Positions 8,785 to 17,592 of a DNA stretch of 59,404 nucleotides are shown here, piece after piece (position 1 is the first letter of the stretch; each line of letters opens with the position of its first letter). Made by a program: the position numbers and the translations under genes. The stretch is from positions 1-59,404 of IMG/VR virus record IMGVR_UViG_3300010048_000011. One strand, given 5' to 3'. Source of the DNA: a virus (Duplodnaviria; Caudoviricetes). Below the pieces are notes generated by a model, which saw nothing but the letters and a program-made list of their open reading frames with translations, made no database searches and was not told the origin of the DNA.

Positions 8785-10676
8785 TGGCGACTCCCGCATG
8801 GCTGGCAGCCAGAAATGGCCTCGTCGGTGACACCAGTGCCGTGGACAAGTCCTCCCAGATCAATCAGCTACTCGGAACCCATGCCATCACGCCGATCTGC
8901 GCCGGTAAGCAGGTGGTGACTCCGGCTGGCTTGGGTGCTGGCAGTGATGATCCATTAAATTTCTGGGTCTTTCACTTCGACCAGTTCGACTATGACCAGC
9001 CTTTTACTATGAGTGGCACCAACATCGGCCGTGTCTCCATACCTGTCCTACCAGTGGGTGAGGGAGCTGATCTCAAGGTCTCGCTGTGTGCTGATTCATC
9101 GGGGACACCCGGCACAGTGCTTGCCACCAGCTACATTCCCAAGCAGTGGATCAACGCTTTCGCGGCTTACAGTGCTCTTGGCTCGCCTTCGTCGATCGCG
9201 GTCATCGTGGAGCCGACAGGAAGTCCACTAGCTCTACCGCAGTACAATCAATTGCAGTGCGGGGCTTGGCAGGAAACAGACTGGACGTCACCGGCCGTAG
9301 GCTCTAGCGGTGGTGCACTGGATTCGACCGGTATGGTGTCCGGCAATTATTTTGTCACGGTTGGAGGCTATCTCCCGCCAGCCGGTACGGCGCCTGTCAA
9401 CAGCGTCTTTACTGTGCCCTATCCGGGCAGTGGGTATCAACTTGGCAACACTCTCCCGCAGCCAGTTCTACCGGTAGCGACAGGTAGCGCGATGGCTACG
9501 ACGACTACAGATACTATCGTCGTAGCGGGTGGATTCGTCGGTCCTACAGGAAACACCCTCACCAGCACAGTTTTTGTTGCCCCATGGGATTCGATTAATG
9601 GTGTTGTCGGCGCATGGTCGCAGCAGGCTTCACTCCCTAGCGTGTTGTATGGCTCGGGTATGGCATCGTTCGGCGAGAATGTCTATGTTGTCGCTGGTTC
9701 TACGGACGGCACAACGGCGACGAGTCAGGTGTTATGGGCGACCATCACGAATGGCCAACTGACGGCCTGGAACCATGCACCCGCACTGCCGGTGGCGCTG
9801 TGGATTCCTACCGCAGTCGTAGTGGGCAACTGGCTACTCGTCTATGGTGGGCAGACATTGCCATCAGGGTCCGGGATTATCAACAGCCTGCTTTACTATG
9901 CGCGAATCAATGCCGACGGCAGTGTCGGTGCATGGCAGTCGGCTAGCAATCCCATGCCGACACCGATTACTGGTTTTAATACGTTCTACAACGAAGTGGG
10001 CGTAATGCAAGTTGGCGGTGCAACTAATGCTGCTACCACGACGTTCACCAATGCGGTACAGGGCTTCACTATAGACGACAACGGTCCCTCGGTTAACGTA
10101 ATGGCTCCCTGGCAGACACAAGTGACGCCGGTCGGAAACACTACATCGGGCACCATCAGCTTTGACATCGCGAACGGACAATGGCAATTGTTCTACATCT
10201 TCGGTGACAGTTATTGGTCCACCCCTGTTTATGCGATGCCCTACATGTCCGTCCCGTTGGTTGCGAGTGGCCTTACGAACGGTGCGACCTACCACATTCT
10301 GATGCAACAGGTAGGAGGTACTGCTAACGATCATTTGCGGACTACGGTGGACCTAAATTGTCTTCCCGGCGATCCGACCGCATTATTTCGTGGCCGAGGT
10401 CTCAGTTCATGGAACACCTATTTTTCTGGATTCGCCGTTCCTATCTCGGTATGCGACCAAACCATCGGTGGCCCCATTCTGCATACCTGGGAGGACAACG
10501 GGGCGCGTATCTCGACCTACGTGCACGCATCGACACCGGATCAACGTATGATCGGCGTGGCGGACATGGTGCAATTCCCGGACGGCACAGTGACATCGAC
10601 CGTGACGCAAATCGATTACACCGGCACCTGGCCCTCCGGAATATGGCCACCGATCGGCGCCACTCAAATATCGTAG
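8784..10676 (+). CDS. Kelch/beta-propeller-containing minor tail protein
   Basis: Repeated 'VVAGG/VYGG..W...LP' Kelch blades; both termini resemble 7567-8298. Confidence 0.75.
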   Translation: MATPAWLAARNGLVGDTSAVDKSSQINQLLGTHAITPICAGKQVVTPAGLGAGSDDPLNFWVFHFDQFDYDQPFTMSGTNIGRVSIPVLPVGEGADLKVSLCADSSGTPGTVLATSYIPKQWINAFAAYSALGSPSSIAVIVEPTGSPLALPQYNQLQCGAWQETDWTSPAVGSSGGALDSTGMVSGNYFVTVGGYLPPAGTAPVNSVFTVPYPGSGYQLGNTLPQPVLPVATGSAMATTTTDTIVVAGGFVGPTGNTLTSTVFVAPWDSINGVVGAWSQQASLPSVLYGSGMASFGENVYVVAGSTDGTTATSQVLWATITNGQLTAWNHAPALPVALWIPTAVVVGNWLLVYGGQTLPSGSGIINSLLYYARINADGSVGAWQSASNPMPTPITGFNTFYNEVGVMQVGGATNAATTTFTNAVQGFTIDDNGPSVNVMAPWQTQVTPVGNTTSGTISFDIANGQWQLFYIFGDSYWSTPVYAMPYMSVPLVASGLTNGATYHILMQQVGGTANDHLRTTVDLNCLPGDPTALFRGRGLSSWNTYFSGFAVPISVCDQTIGGPILHTWEDNGARISTYVHASTPDQRMIGVADMVQFPDGTVTSTVTQIDYTGTWPSGIWPPIGATQIS

Positions 10677-10683
10677 GAGGACG

Positions 10684-10977
10684 ATGGTGGAAGATATCGG
10701 CGGAACCATCATCTACTCCGTCAAAGAGTTGCTTGCCGAGATCAGGGCCAAGCTCGAATTTATTGATGGAAAGCTCGATTCCAAAGCCGACCGTGCCGAC
10801 GTCACCGCACTCGTCACCCGTATTGACCGGCTGGACGAGCGTTTGGACAGCGTGGAACGGGAGACCGAGCATATGAGTCGCCTGAAGCAGGAAACGACGG
10901 AATGGCGCCGCTACGTCATCCCAGCCGCTATGACAATGGCCCTGATTATCCTCGGCGTACTACAACTGGTGCATTAA
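10684..10977 (+). CDS. Coiled-coil protein with a C-terminal TM helix (lysis accessory)
   Basis: Heptad repeats then a hydrophobic C-terminus; AGGAGG-ACG-ATG. Confidence 0.65.
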   Translation: MVEDIGGTIIYSVKELLAEIRAKLEFIDGKLDSKADRADVTALVTRIDRLDERLDSVERETEHMSRLKQETTEWRRYVIPAAMTMALIILGVLQLVH

Positions 10978-11309
10978 TGAAGAACTTACGCGAGCGTTTC
11001 GTCAACTTCGCTGACCGCGTGTCCTACGGGATGGGTCTGCCCAGTAACATCATGTTCTGGTTCGTCCTGCTCGTTGTCTGGACAGGTCTAGGTCCCACCA
11101 TTGCGCATACGCACTGGCTACCCGAGTGGTTCACCAGCAGCGCATGGAACTTCCCATTGAACACTATTACCACCATCATTGAAATGTTCGTCGGTTTTCT
11201 GATCGCTGCGTCCAACAACAGACAGGAACGTCATTTGTTCACGGTGTTGGAACGGATCGAGCAGCTTGAGCAAAAGATTCTCGACGACGAGGAAGGACAT
11301 TCTGACTGA
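10977..11309 (+). CDS. Two-TM membrane protein (DUF1003/low-affinity iron permease-like)
   Basis: 'FADRVS..G....W...GP..W...LNTITT......LI.ASNNRQ' pattern. Confidence 0.55.
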   Translation: MKNLRERFVNFADRVSYGMGLPSNIMFWFVLLVVWTGLGPTIAHTHWLPEWFTSSAWNFPLNTITTIIEMFVGFLIAASNNRQERHLFTVLERIEQLEQKILDDEEGHSD

Positions 11310-12009
11310 ATTTCGCTACCTCAAAGAGGACCCCGACAATCCGTATCGGCTCGGTCGACACCAGGTCCCCAAGGCATTGGAGCCTGAGAAGGACGCGCGG
11401 CTGATCAGCTCATTGTGGTTCCGGGCAATCGTGCCCGTGACACACACGGAGTTCGAGCCAGTCTTTGATCAGGGCGACCTCGGGTCGTGTACCGCCAACG
11501 CGGCGATCAGTTGCTTGGTCACGGAGCCTTACGGGCACAAGGGAGTCTCGCTCACCGAGGCTGACGCCGTTGCGCTGTACGAGCTGGAGACGAAGCTGGA
11601 CGACTCGCAGATCCCCGGCGAATATCCTCCGCAGGACACTGGCTCCACTGGCCCGTGGTCCATGCAGGCATTGATGAAGCAGGGCAAGATCAAGGACTAC
11701 ATCCACGCGACCAGTACGCATATGGCGCTGCGGATGCTCAACCATGGCCCGATCAGTATTGGTGTGCCGTGGTTTCAGTCGATGTTCACTGTGGACGAAG
11801 ACGGCTTCATCGACTTCCAGCCGAAGTCCGGTCTTGCTGGCGGGCACCAGGTCTGCATCGTGGCGAATGATGTCGACGACCAAAAGATCTTGGTGCGCAA
11901 CTCGTGGGGTCCGGACTGGGGCGACGAGGGTCATGCCTGGCTCGCCTGGGAGTCCCTTGACTACCTGCTTGCCCACGGTGGTGACGTTGTCCAGCCGGTG
12001 ATGTCGTGA
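11302..12009 (+). CDS. Papain-like cysteine peptidase (C1A), probable CTG start
   Basis: Catalytic triad motifs DQGDLGSCTANA, GGHQV and VRNSWGPDWG. Confidence 0.9.
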   Translation: MTEFRYLKEDPDNPYRLGRHQVPKALEPEKDARLISSLWFRAIVPVTHTEFEPVFDQGDLGSCTANAAISCLVTEPYGHKGVSLTEADAVALYELETKLDDSQIPGEYPPQDTGSTGPWSMQALMKQGKIKDYIHATSTHMALRMLNHGPISIGVPWFQSMFTVDEDGFIDFQPKSGLAGGHQVCIVANDVDDQKILVRNSWGPDWGDEGHAWLAWESLDYLLAHGGDVVQPVMS

Positions 12010-12086
12010 CCGGAGCTGACTTCTGGCTGCTGGTCGCGGCCGACATCATGCTGTTCTTGATTCTCGTTACTCGTCGGTCGAACTAG
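12006..12086 (+). CDS. 26-aa single-TM micropeptide
   Basis: GTGA overlap; MTGADFWLLVAADIMLFLILVTRRSN fills the gap exactly. Confidence 0.5.
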   Translation: MTGADFWLLVAADIMLFLILVTRRSN

Positions 12087-12095
12087 GACAAAAAC

Positions 12096-12623
12096 ATGCG
12101 CATCGTCTGCTACGACACTGAATTCATCGAAGACGGTACGACGATCGATCTCGTTTCCATTGGCGCCGTGGATAACTGCGGCAATGAGTTCTACCGGGTG
12201 TCGACGGAATTCAACCCCGAGAAAGCCAACATGTTCGTCCAAGAGAACGTGTTTCCGCAATTGCCCCCACCGGGTGATGGGCGGTACAAGCCTCGTCGGT
12301 GGATCGCCTGCAACTGGCTGGACTTCATGACGCTCACAGATGAACCCGTTGAACTGTGGGCGTACTACGGCGCGTATGACCATGTCGCGTTAGCCCAGTT
12401 GTACGGGACGATGATCAGGATGCCTCGGATCATCCCTATGTACACCCACGAGCTAATGCAGCTCTGGGAAGACGCAGGCCAACCGACGATGCCCGTTCAC
12501 GGCTCGGACCATCATGACGCGTTGGCCGATGCCCGTTGGGGCATGAACTTGTACGAGGCTTGCCGGGAGGTGATTTCGCGCGATACATGTATGACAGCAT
12601 CACCGCGACCGACATCCCACTGA
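12096..12623 (+). CDS. DEDDh 3'-5' exoribonuclease (Rv2179c/RNase AS-like)
   Basis: YDTEF, 'LVSIG', 'AYDHVAL', 'HDALADA'. Confidence 0.85.
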   Translation: MRIVCYDTEFIEDGTTIDLVSIGAVDNCGNEFYRVSTEFNPEKANMFVQENVFPQLPPPGDGRYKPRRWIACNWLDFMTLTDEPVELWAYYGAYDHVALAQLYGTMIRMPRIIPMYTHELMQLWEDAGQPTMPVHGSDHHDALADARWGMNLYEACREVISRDTCMTASPRPTSH

Positions 12624-13315
12624 CCGCTGAGATGGTGGCTGGCTATCTGCCGCCGAGTAAGTTCGCGTGGTCAGACGACGACTGGTCGTTGTTCCCCAAG
12701 GCCGTCAAGGTCCGTATCGCCGTCCGTGGCGACGTCACCGACGGTCATGTGCTGGACGTAGAGCAGGGCGACGCAACCTCCGTACAGGCCGTGTCCTGGG
12801 TCCTGATGCGGCGGCACATGGGCGCGGACCCCACGGTTTACTGCAATATTAGGACCTTTCCGTCGGTTGTCGCCGCGTTTAATGCTGCTCATGTTGCCCT
12901 ACCTCATTTCTGGGTAGCGCACTACGACGGACAGGCCGTGCTTACTGACGGCTATATCGCCAAGCAGTACACAGATTCCCCAGCCAACGGAGGCCACTAC
13001 GACCTATCTGTAGTCGCCGATTACTGGCCGGGCGTCGATTCACCTCCCACCCCACCGGCACCACCGAGGCCAGATATGGAAATGACTGACGTTATCCCAG
13101 CGACCCCTAAACCGGGCACCGTCGCCTTCGTGCTGCGCGATCTTCAGCGCGGCTACACCGGAGTCAACGCGCCGGGCGGCATGGCGCTGGACATCATCAA
13201 CACAACCGCAGACGTGGACACCCTCATTACCGCCGTCGGCCAGCTCGCTCAGCGACTCACGGCGATCGAAACCACGCTCACCGCCATCAGCACGGCACTC
13301 AAGGCAGGGGAGTAA
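12587..13315 (+). CDS. Endolysin, GH25-like muramidase (start uncertain)
   Basis: 'MYDS..AGY..LDVEQGDA..PTVYC..WVAHY..AKQY' followed by a Pro-rich linker; upstream of a holin. Confidence 0.75.
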   Translation: MYDSITATDIPLTAEMVAGYLPPSKFAWSDDDWSLFPKAVKVRIAVRGDVTDGHVLDVEQGDATSVQAVSWVLMRRHMGADPTVYCNIRTFPSVVAAFNAAHVALPHFWVAHYDGQAVLTDGYIAKQYTDSPANGGHYDLSVVADYWPGVDSPPTPPAPPRPDMEMTDVIPATPKPGTVAFVLRDLQRGYTGVNAPGGMALDIINTTADVDTLITAVGQLAQRLTAIETTLTAISTALKAGE

Positions 13316-13317
13316 CC

Positions 13318-13599
13318 ATGACTCGTTGGCAGGCTTTCCTTGCGGCACTGGCTAGCGGCGGATGGACCGGCGTGGTCAATACCCTGATCGCTCTGGGCGT
13401 GACGCTGGGGTTGCTGACCGCAGGACAGTCCAATGCGTTGGCAGCATTGATTTCCGGCATCGCAACGGTACTAAACTTGATCGTCGCGACGGTGCATACT
13501 TTCCAGATGGCCGATCAGATTCGTGCTAACGCGATGCTGATTGCCATGAACGACGATTTGCACGTCGAGATCCACCAGCTACGCACCGCTTCTGATTAG
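13318..13599 (+). CDS. Holin
   Basis: Two TM segments directly after the endolysin. Confidence 0.65.
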   Translation: MTRWQAFLAALASGGWTGVVNTLIALGVTLGLLTAGQSNALAALISGIATVLNLIVATVHTFQMADQIRANAMLIAMNDDLHVEIHQLRTASD

Positions 13600-13605
13600 G
13601 AGTCT

Positions 13606-15444
13606 GTGGCCCTAACACAACTGACGGTCACGGGTGGAGTGCACGGATGGGTTGACCCGCAAGGCAATCCGGCGACAGGCAAGGTCACCCTTCAGCCGGT
13701 GATGGAAGCGCCCGGTGGCGGCTACATCGTTGTCAATCAGCCGGTCACTTTTACGCTTTCCGCAGGCAATATCTCCGGCACGATCGCCAGCAACGCGCAG
13801 GCCACCACATTGCAATACCTGGTTCGCGAGGACATCCAGGACGCGGAGAGTCCATCGCCCTACGTCGTGACGCCGTCGGGGTCCACTCTGGATCTGTCGA
13901 CGGCGTCACGCGGCACCCTGTCGACGTCGACGGCGCTCTACGTCCTGGCGTCCACCGTCGGCCAGCCGGGCGGGGTCGCGTCGCTCGACAGCTCCGGCCT
14001 GATACCGCAGGCCGAGATCCCGAATCCCATCCGGCCATGGAATGTCGCGGAGCAGTACGCCGGGCTGTGGGACCCCACGGTGCTGGTCGACTACCCCGAC
14101 AATAATCCCAACACCGGCATTACCCTTGATTCGGGAGTTTACGAAAACTACAACTTTGTCTGCTCCGAGCTGATCATCCCGAACAATGATACGTATTTGT
14201 TTAATTGTGCCATAAACACGTATAACGACACTTTCGGAGTCCGGCTCGACGCGAACTCAGGTTTCGAAGTCGGCCGTCGGTTGGCCTGGTGCACGATCAC
14301 GTCGGCGTCCGTCGCTTTCTCGGGAGCGGGCTTCGCGGCCCGGTTCTGCCGGGTGGTCCACAACGGTGATGACTCCGCGAGGGTCGGCCGCAGCTATGCG
14401 GAACCGACTGTGTTCGAGCTGTGTCATTTCAGTGACTTCGAGCCTGCAGCAGGTGCGCACGCCGACGGGGTGCAGATCCTGAGCTACCCGGGCGCCGATG
14501 TGGTCGTGTGGGGCTGCTCGATCAGCATGAACACGGCGACGGGCTACACGCTCCCGCCGGACACGGGCTACACGGGTGCGATCTTCTATGACCCCACAGA
14601 CGTCCCGATCGGGCCAAGCGATCCCGAGCCTAATCGAATCGGCGCCGTCCGCATTGCTCAGTCCAAGCTCGTGAGCAGCCAAAACTATACCTTGGTTATT
14701 GATCAGCCCGGCGTAGATGTATCCGATTGCATGCTTCTACCGGGCACGACGGCTATCCTGAGTAATCCAAACAGTTCCGCGATCACTGGACACAACAATG
14801 TAGACGTCGGTGATCGACCAATTGGTGATCTTGACATTCTGGGGTACCTTGCTGAGCCCATCACGATCGGTCAAGCACAGGATGTAGACCTGCTGACCAT
14901 TGCACCGAGCAACGGTTCCGTGCTGACCTATAGCAGCACGTCACGGAAGTGGGTGCCCGGTGCTGGCGTCACCGGTGGAATCAAGATCAGGCAGGAGTGG
15001 ATCACCAGTGGCTCGTTCACCTGCCCAAACAACGGCGGTTCCATTTGGTCGATCTTGAGACTTGCTGATAACGCGACCGTGGCGGAGATCGATATGCCTG
15101 CTGTAGTGGGGCAATGGGTCGAGATCAGTATCAGCGCAACCCGTACCCCCAGCGATGCCATCGACGTTGGTGTAGTTGTTGGCAGCACGATCGTTCGGTA
15201 CCTAGCGACCGGTACGGGTAGTCCGGCGCACGACGGGGACATGGGGTGGTACACAGGCTCCGGAGCTGGGAGTTCCTTCTTTTCGCGCGGCGGTGTGCGC
15301 GGCTTCACGACGACGTCAGGCGATCTGGACGGTGGTAATGTCCGATTCTGCCTGATAAGCAGCGGTTCCGGTACATCGCAGATTCTGGCCACGGTTGGGG
15401 ACCCCTATTACTGGCAAGTCACCAACTTAGGGGTCGTAAGCTAG
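13606..15444 (+). CDS. Tail fibre/spike-like protein with probable beta-helix
   Basis: Actinophage fibre N-terminus, 'GVASLDSSGLIP' linker, 'HADGVQI' pectin-lyase-like motif. Confidence 0.65.
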   Translation: MALTQLTVTGGVHGWVDPQGNPATGKVTLQPVMEAPGGGYIVVNQPVTFTLSAGNISGTIASNAQATTLQYLVREDIQDAESPSPYVVTPSGSTLDLSTASRGTLSTSTALYVLASTVGQPGGVASLDSSGLIPQAEIPNPIRPWNVAEQYAGLWDPTVLVDYPDNNPNTGITLDSGVYENYNFVCSELIIPNNDTYLFNCAINTYNDTFGVRLDANSGFEVGRRLAWCTITSASVAFSGAGFAARFCRVVHNGDDSARVGRSYAEPTVFELCHFSDFEPAAGAHADGVQILSYPGADVVVWGCSISMNTATGYTLPPDTGYTGAIFYDPTDVPIGPSDPEPNRIGAVRIAQSKLVSSQNYTLVIDQPGVDVSDCMLLPGTTAILSNPNSSAITGHNNVDVGDRPIGDLDILGYLAEPITIGQAQDVDLLTIAPSNGSVLTYSSTSRKWVPGAGVTGGIKIRQEWITSGSFTCPNNGGSIWSILRLADNATVAEIDMPAVVGQWVEISISATRTPSDAIDVGVVVGSTIVRYLATGTGSPAHDGDMGWYTGSGAGSSFFSRGGVRGFTTTSGDLDGGNVRFCLISSGSGTSQILATVGDPYYWQVTNLGVVS

Positions 15445-15569
15445 TCCTGTGTGGAGGCTCGTGGTTCCATCTGGTTCCATTGGTCCCTACCTATTGACCC
15501 AACTTCATACACGTACTTACCTTGGTGGCTGTACCGCTGGTGGCCAGCCCCCCAGTCACCAGGAATGCC

Positions 15570-15620
15570 GCCCCGGCCGCGTCGAACCCCCAACCGACCG
15601 GCCGGGGCGTTCTGCTATTT
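15570..15620 (+). terminator. Intrinsic terminator after the late operon
   Basis: GCCCCGGCCG...CGGCCGGGGC followed by a T-rich tail. Confidence 0.6.
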
Positions 15621-15779
15621 CTCGGGAGTACTTAATACAACCGTGATAATACTCAGGTTGCTCCAAGACGGCGTGGGCGCGTAATCTCCGGCACGTTGTT
15701 ACAGGTTCGTCGGTGGAAAGGCTTGGGCGCACGGACACCGGACGGATCGCTACCACCTACGTGTGTGAAGGGCTACAAG

Positions 15780-16457
15780 ATGACCATTGCGGATGAGGTC
15801 ACGATCCCGCCGCTGAGCCGGTCGGATGCAAGTTGCGACTTGGTGTGGGCATGGCTGCGGCGGCTGGTTGATCATCCGGACGACAACGTGATCGTGACGC
15901 CGGAGACGCGAACGATCACGGGGCAACTCGTTCCGGGATGGAAAATCAGTGGCGTTGATGTGCCCAGCACCGTCCGGACGCTGTGGCCGCACGAATCCGC
16001 TGAGAATCAAACCAGGGTTGCGGGCAAGATCCGCCAGCGGCTGAAGGATCGGACGCTGGTGCTCAACGTCGTGCCGGGGCGCGCGCGGGTGGCCGACGCC
16101 GTGCAGTGGGTACGCGACGATGGGCCGTCGACTGCTCTATACACGCCAGAGAGGGACGTTGCGGTCGCTGGCGACGGAACACCGCTGGACGACAACGACG
16201 GTGAAGACGACCGCCGGACTGGGACACTCACAATGCTCAGGAGCACACCGCTCAGCTCGGCTGATGTCGTTGCGAGTGCGCGACAGAGCTTCGACGATAT
16301 GATCAAGGGTCTTGAGGCGGAGACCGCCACCTACCAGGACGCGATCAAGGCCGCTCTGACGATGCTCGCGACGGCGGTCAACGCCATAGTGATCTACCCG
16401 GAGTCGGACGAGCTTGTCATTGTGGAGTCTGAACCCGAGACAGGGCAGCAAGAGTGA
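15780..16457 (+). CDS. Hypothetical protein
   Basis: AAGGG RBS and ATG; long ORF. Confidence 0.6.
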   Translation: MTIADEVTIPPLSRSDASCDLVWAWLRRLVDHPDDNVIVTPETRTITGQLVPGWKISGVDVPSTVRTLWPHESAENQTRVAGKIRQRLKDRTLVLNVVPGRARVADAVQWVRDDGPSTALYTPERDVAVAGDGTPLDDNDGEDDRRTGTLTMLRSTPLSSADVVASARQSFDDMIKGLEAETATYQDAIKAALTMLATAVNAIVIYPESDELVIVESEPETGQQE

Positions 16458-16804
16458 TGATAACCACCGCCATAACTGGATTTGTGTGCGGTGCTGCTGG
16501 TGTCACTGCGGGCATGATTTTCTGGTCACGGCGGATCAATCCGCTACTAGATGACCTTCGTGAAGTGGTGCGAAGCCCGCATTGGCAGGAAATCCGTGAC
16601 CTCCTACGGAGTCCAGAACTAGGAAAGTTCCTGCTCGCGTATAGAGAGTTCGAGTACAAAGAGACAGCGACGGAAACCATGAAGCCAGTCCCTAAGCCGG
16701 ACAAAATGGAAGGCGTTCTTCCGGTTGAACCGCCGCCGCCCCGGCGCGGAAAGCATGCAAAGCAGAACCAGAAACGGGAACCCGCGCGGACTGGTCGCTT
16801 ATGA
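16454..16804 (+). CDS. Membrane-anchored hypothetical protein
   Basis: GTGA overlap; N-terminal TM helix. Confidence 0.55.
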   Translation: MMITTAITGFVCGAAGVTAGMIFWSRRINPLLDDLREVVRSPHWQEIRDLLRSPELGKFLLAYREFEYKETATETMKPVPKPDKMEGVLPVEPPPPRRGKHAKQNQKREPARTGRL

Positions 16805-17067
16805 CGACGGCGCAGTTCTTACACCTCGGCACACGTGCACTGGTGTTGTTCTGCGCAATCGCCCTGCCCGCATTGACCGTCATATTCCTGGCAGATAGAC
16901 GTAATAGAAGGCTGCGAAAACAGGGCATAACTCCGGAGTCCCCTGAGGCCGCATTCGAAGCGACTCGGCCTCGTCCGCAACGATCCACAGAGCCAAGCAG
17001 GCCAACCAAATCGGCGCCGGGCGCGGCGCACTCGTCCCAGCAAAGGTCACTGCATCACGTTGCATGA
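16801..17067 (+). CDS. Membrane-anchored hypothetical protein
   Basis: ATGA overlap; one TM helix. Confidence 0.5.
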   Translation: MTTAQFLHLGTRALVLFCAIALPALTVIFLADRRNRRLRKQGITPESPEAAFEATRPRPQRSTEPSRPTKSAPGAAHSSQQRSLHHVA

Positions 17068-17119
17068 TCCCGGGGCGGGGAGGGCTACCGAATTCGAGGG
17101 GAGTTCGGTAGCCGACACG

Positions 17120-17158
17120 AAAAGACCCCCCAGTCACGACGACTGGGGGGTCTTTTCT
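17120..17158. terminator. Bidirectional terminator
   Basis: AAAAGACCCCCCAGTC-ACGAC-GACTGGGGGGTCTTTT between convergent genes. Confidence 0.85.
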
Positions 17159-17162
17159 GTCC

Positions 17163-17429
17163 TCACTTGTAGGCCACGACGCAATACACGGCTACCAGTA
17201 AGGCCGTGGCGACGACCGACCGACGGTACCAACGATGCCGGGTGGTCAGCCCGAACCAGATCCCGAATACCGCTGCGAAAATCGGCAGTGCGTAGATGAT
17301 GGCATGATCGTAGGGCGCGGCCAGCCCGACGGAAACTAGTCCTGTGATGATCAATCCGAGCGGCACGACGTGTGTCCAGAGCCGCCGACGGACGTCCTTG
17401 ATGCTGAGCGGCTTGTGGTGTGTGCCCAC
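17163..17429 (-). CDS. Small multi-TM membrane protein
   Basis: Three hydrophobic segments; GGAGAGG RBS upstream. Confidence 0.55.
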   Translation of the reverse strand: MGTHHKPLSIKDVRRRLWTHVVPLGLIITGLVSVGLAAPYDHAIIYALPIFAAVFGIWFGLTTRHRWYRRSVVATALLVAVYCVVAYK

Positions 17430-17495
17430 ACCTGGTCCTCTCCCGGTGGCCCCCCACCGGGACGTATCCTACCTGCTCACCAGTCCCGTGATATG

Positions 17496-17543
17496 TTGGG
17501 ACACCTGGGGTACCGACGTTCGTCCACACCCCAGGTGTCCCAA
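17496..17543. other. Putative attP of the serine integrase
   Basis: 48-bp dyad TTGGGACACCTGGGGT-ACC-GACG-TT-CGTC-CAC-ACCCCAGGTGTCCCAA with a central TT, ~50 bp upstream of the integrase. Confidence 0.7.
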
Positions 17544-17592
17544 GCGGGTACCCTGGACGTGACCAGGGACGATACGGGGAGGTACGCGGCCC

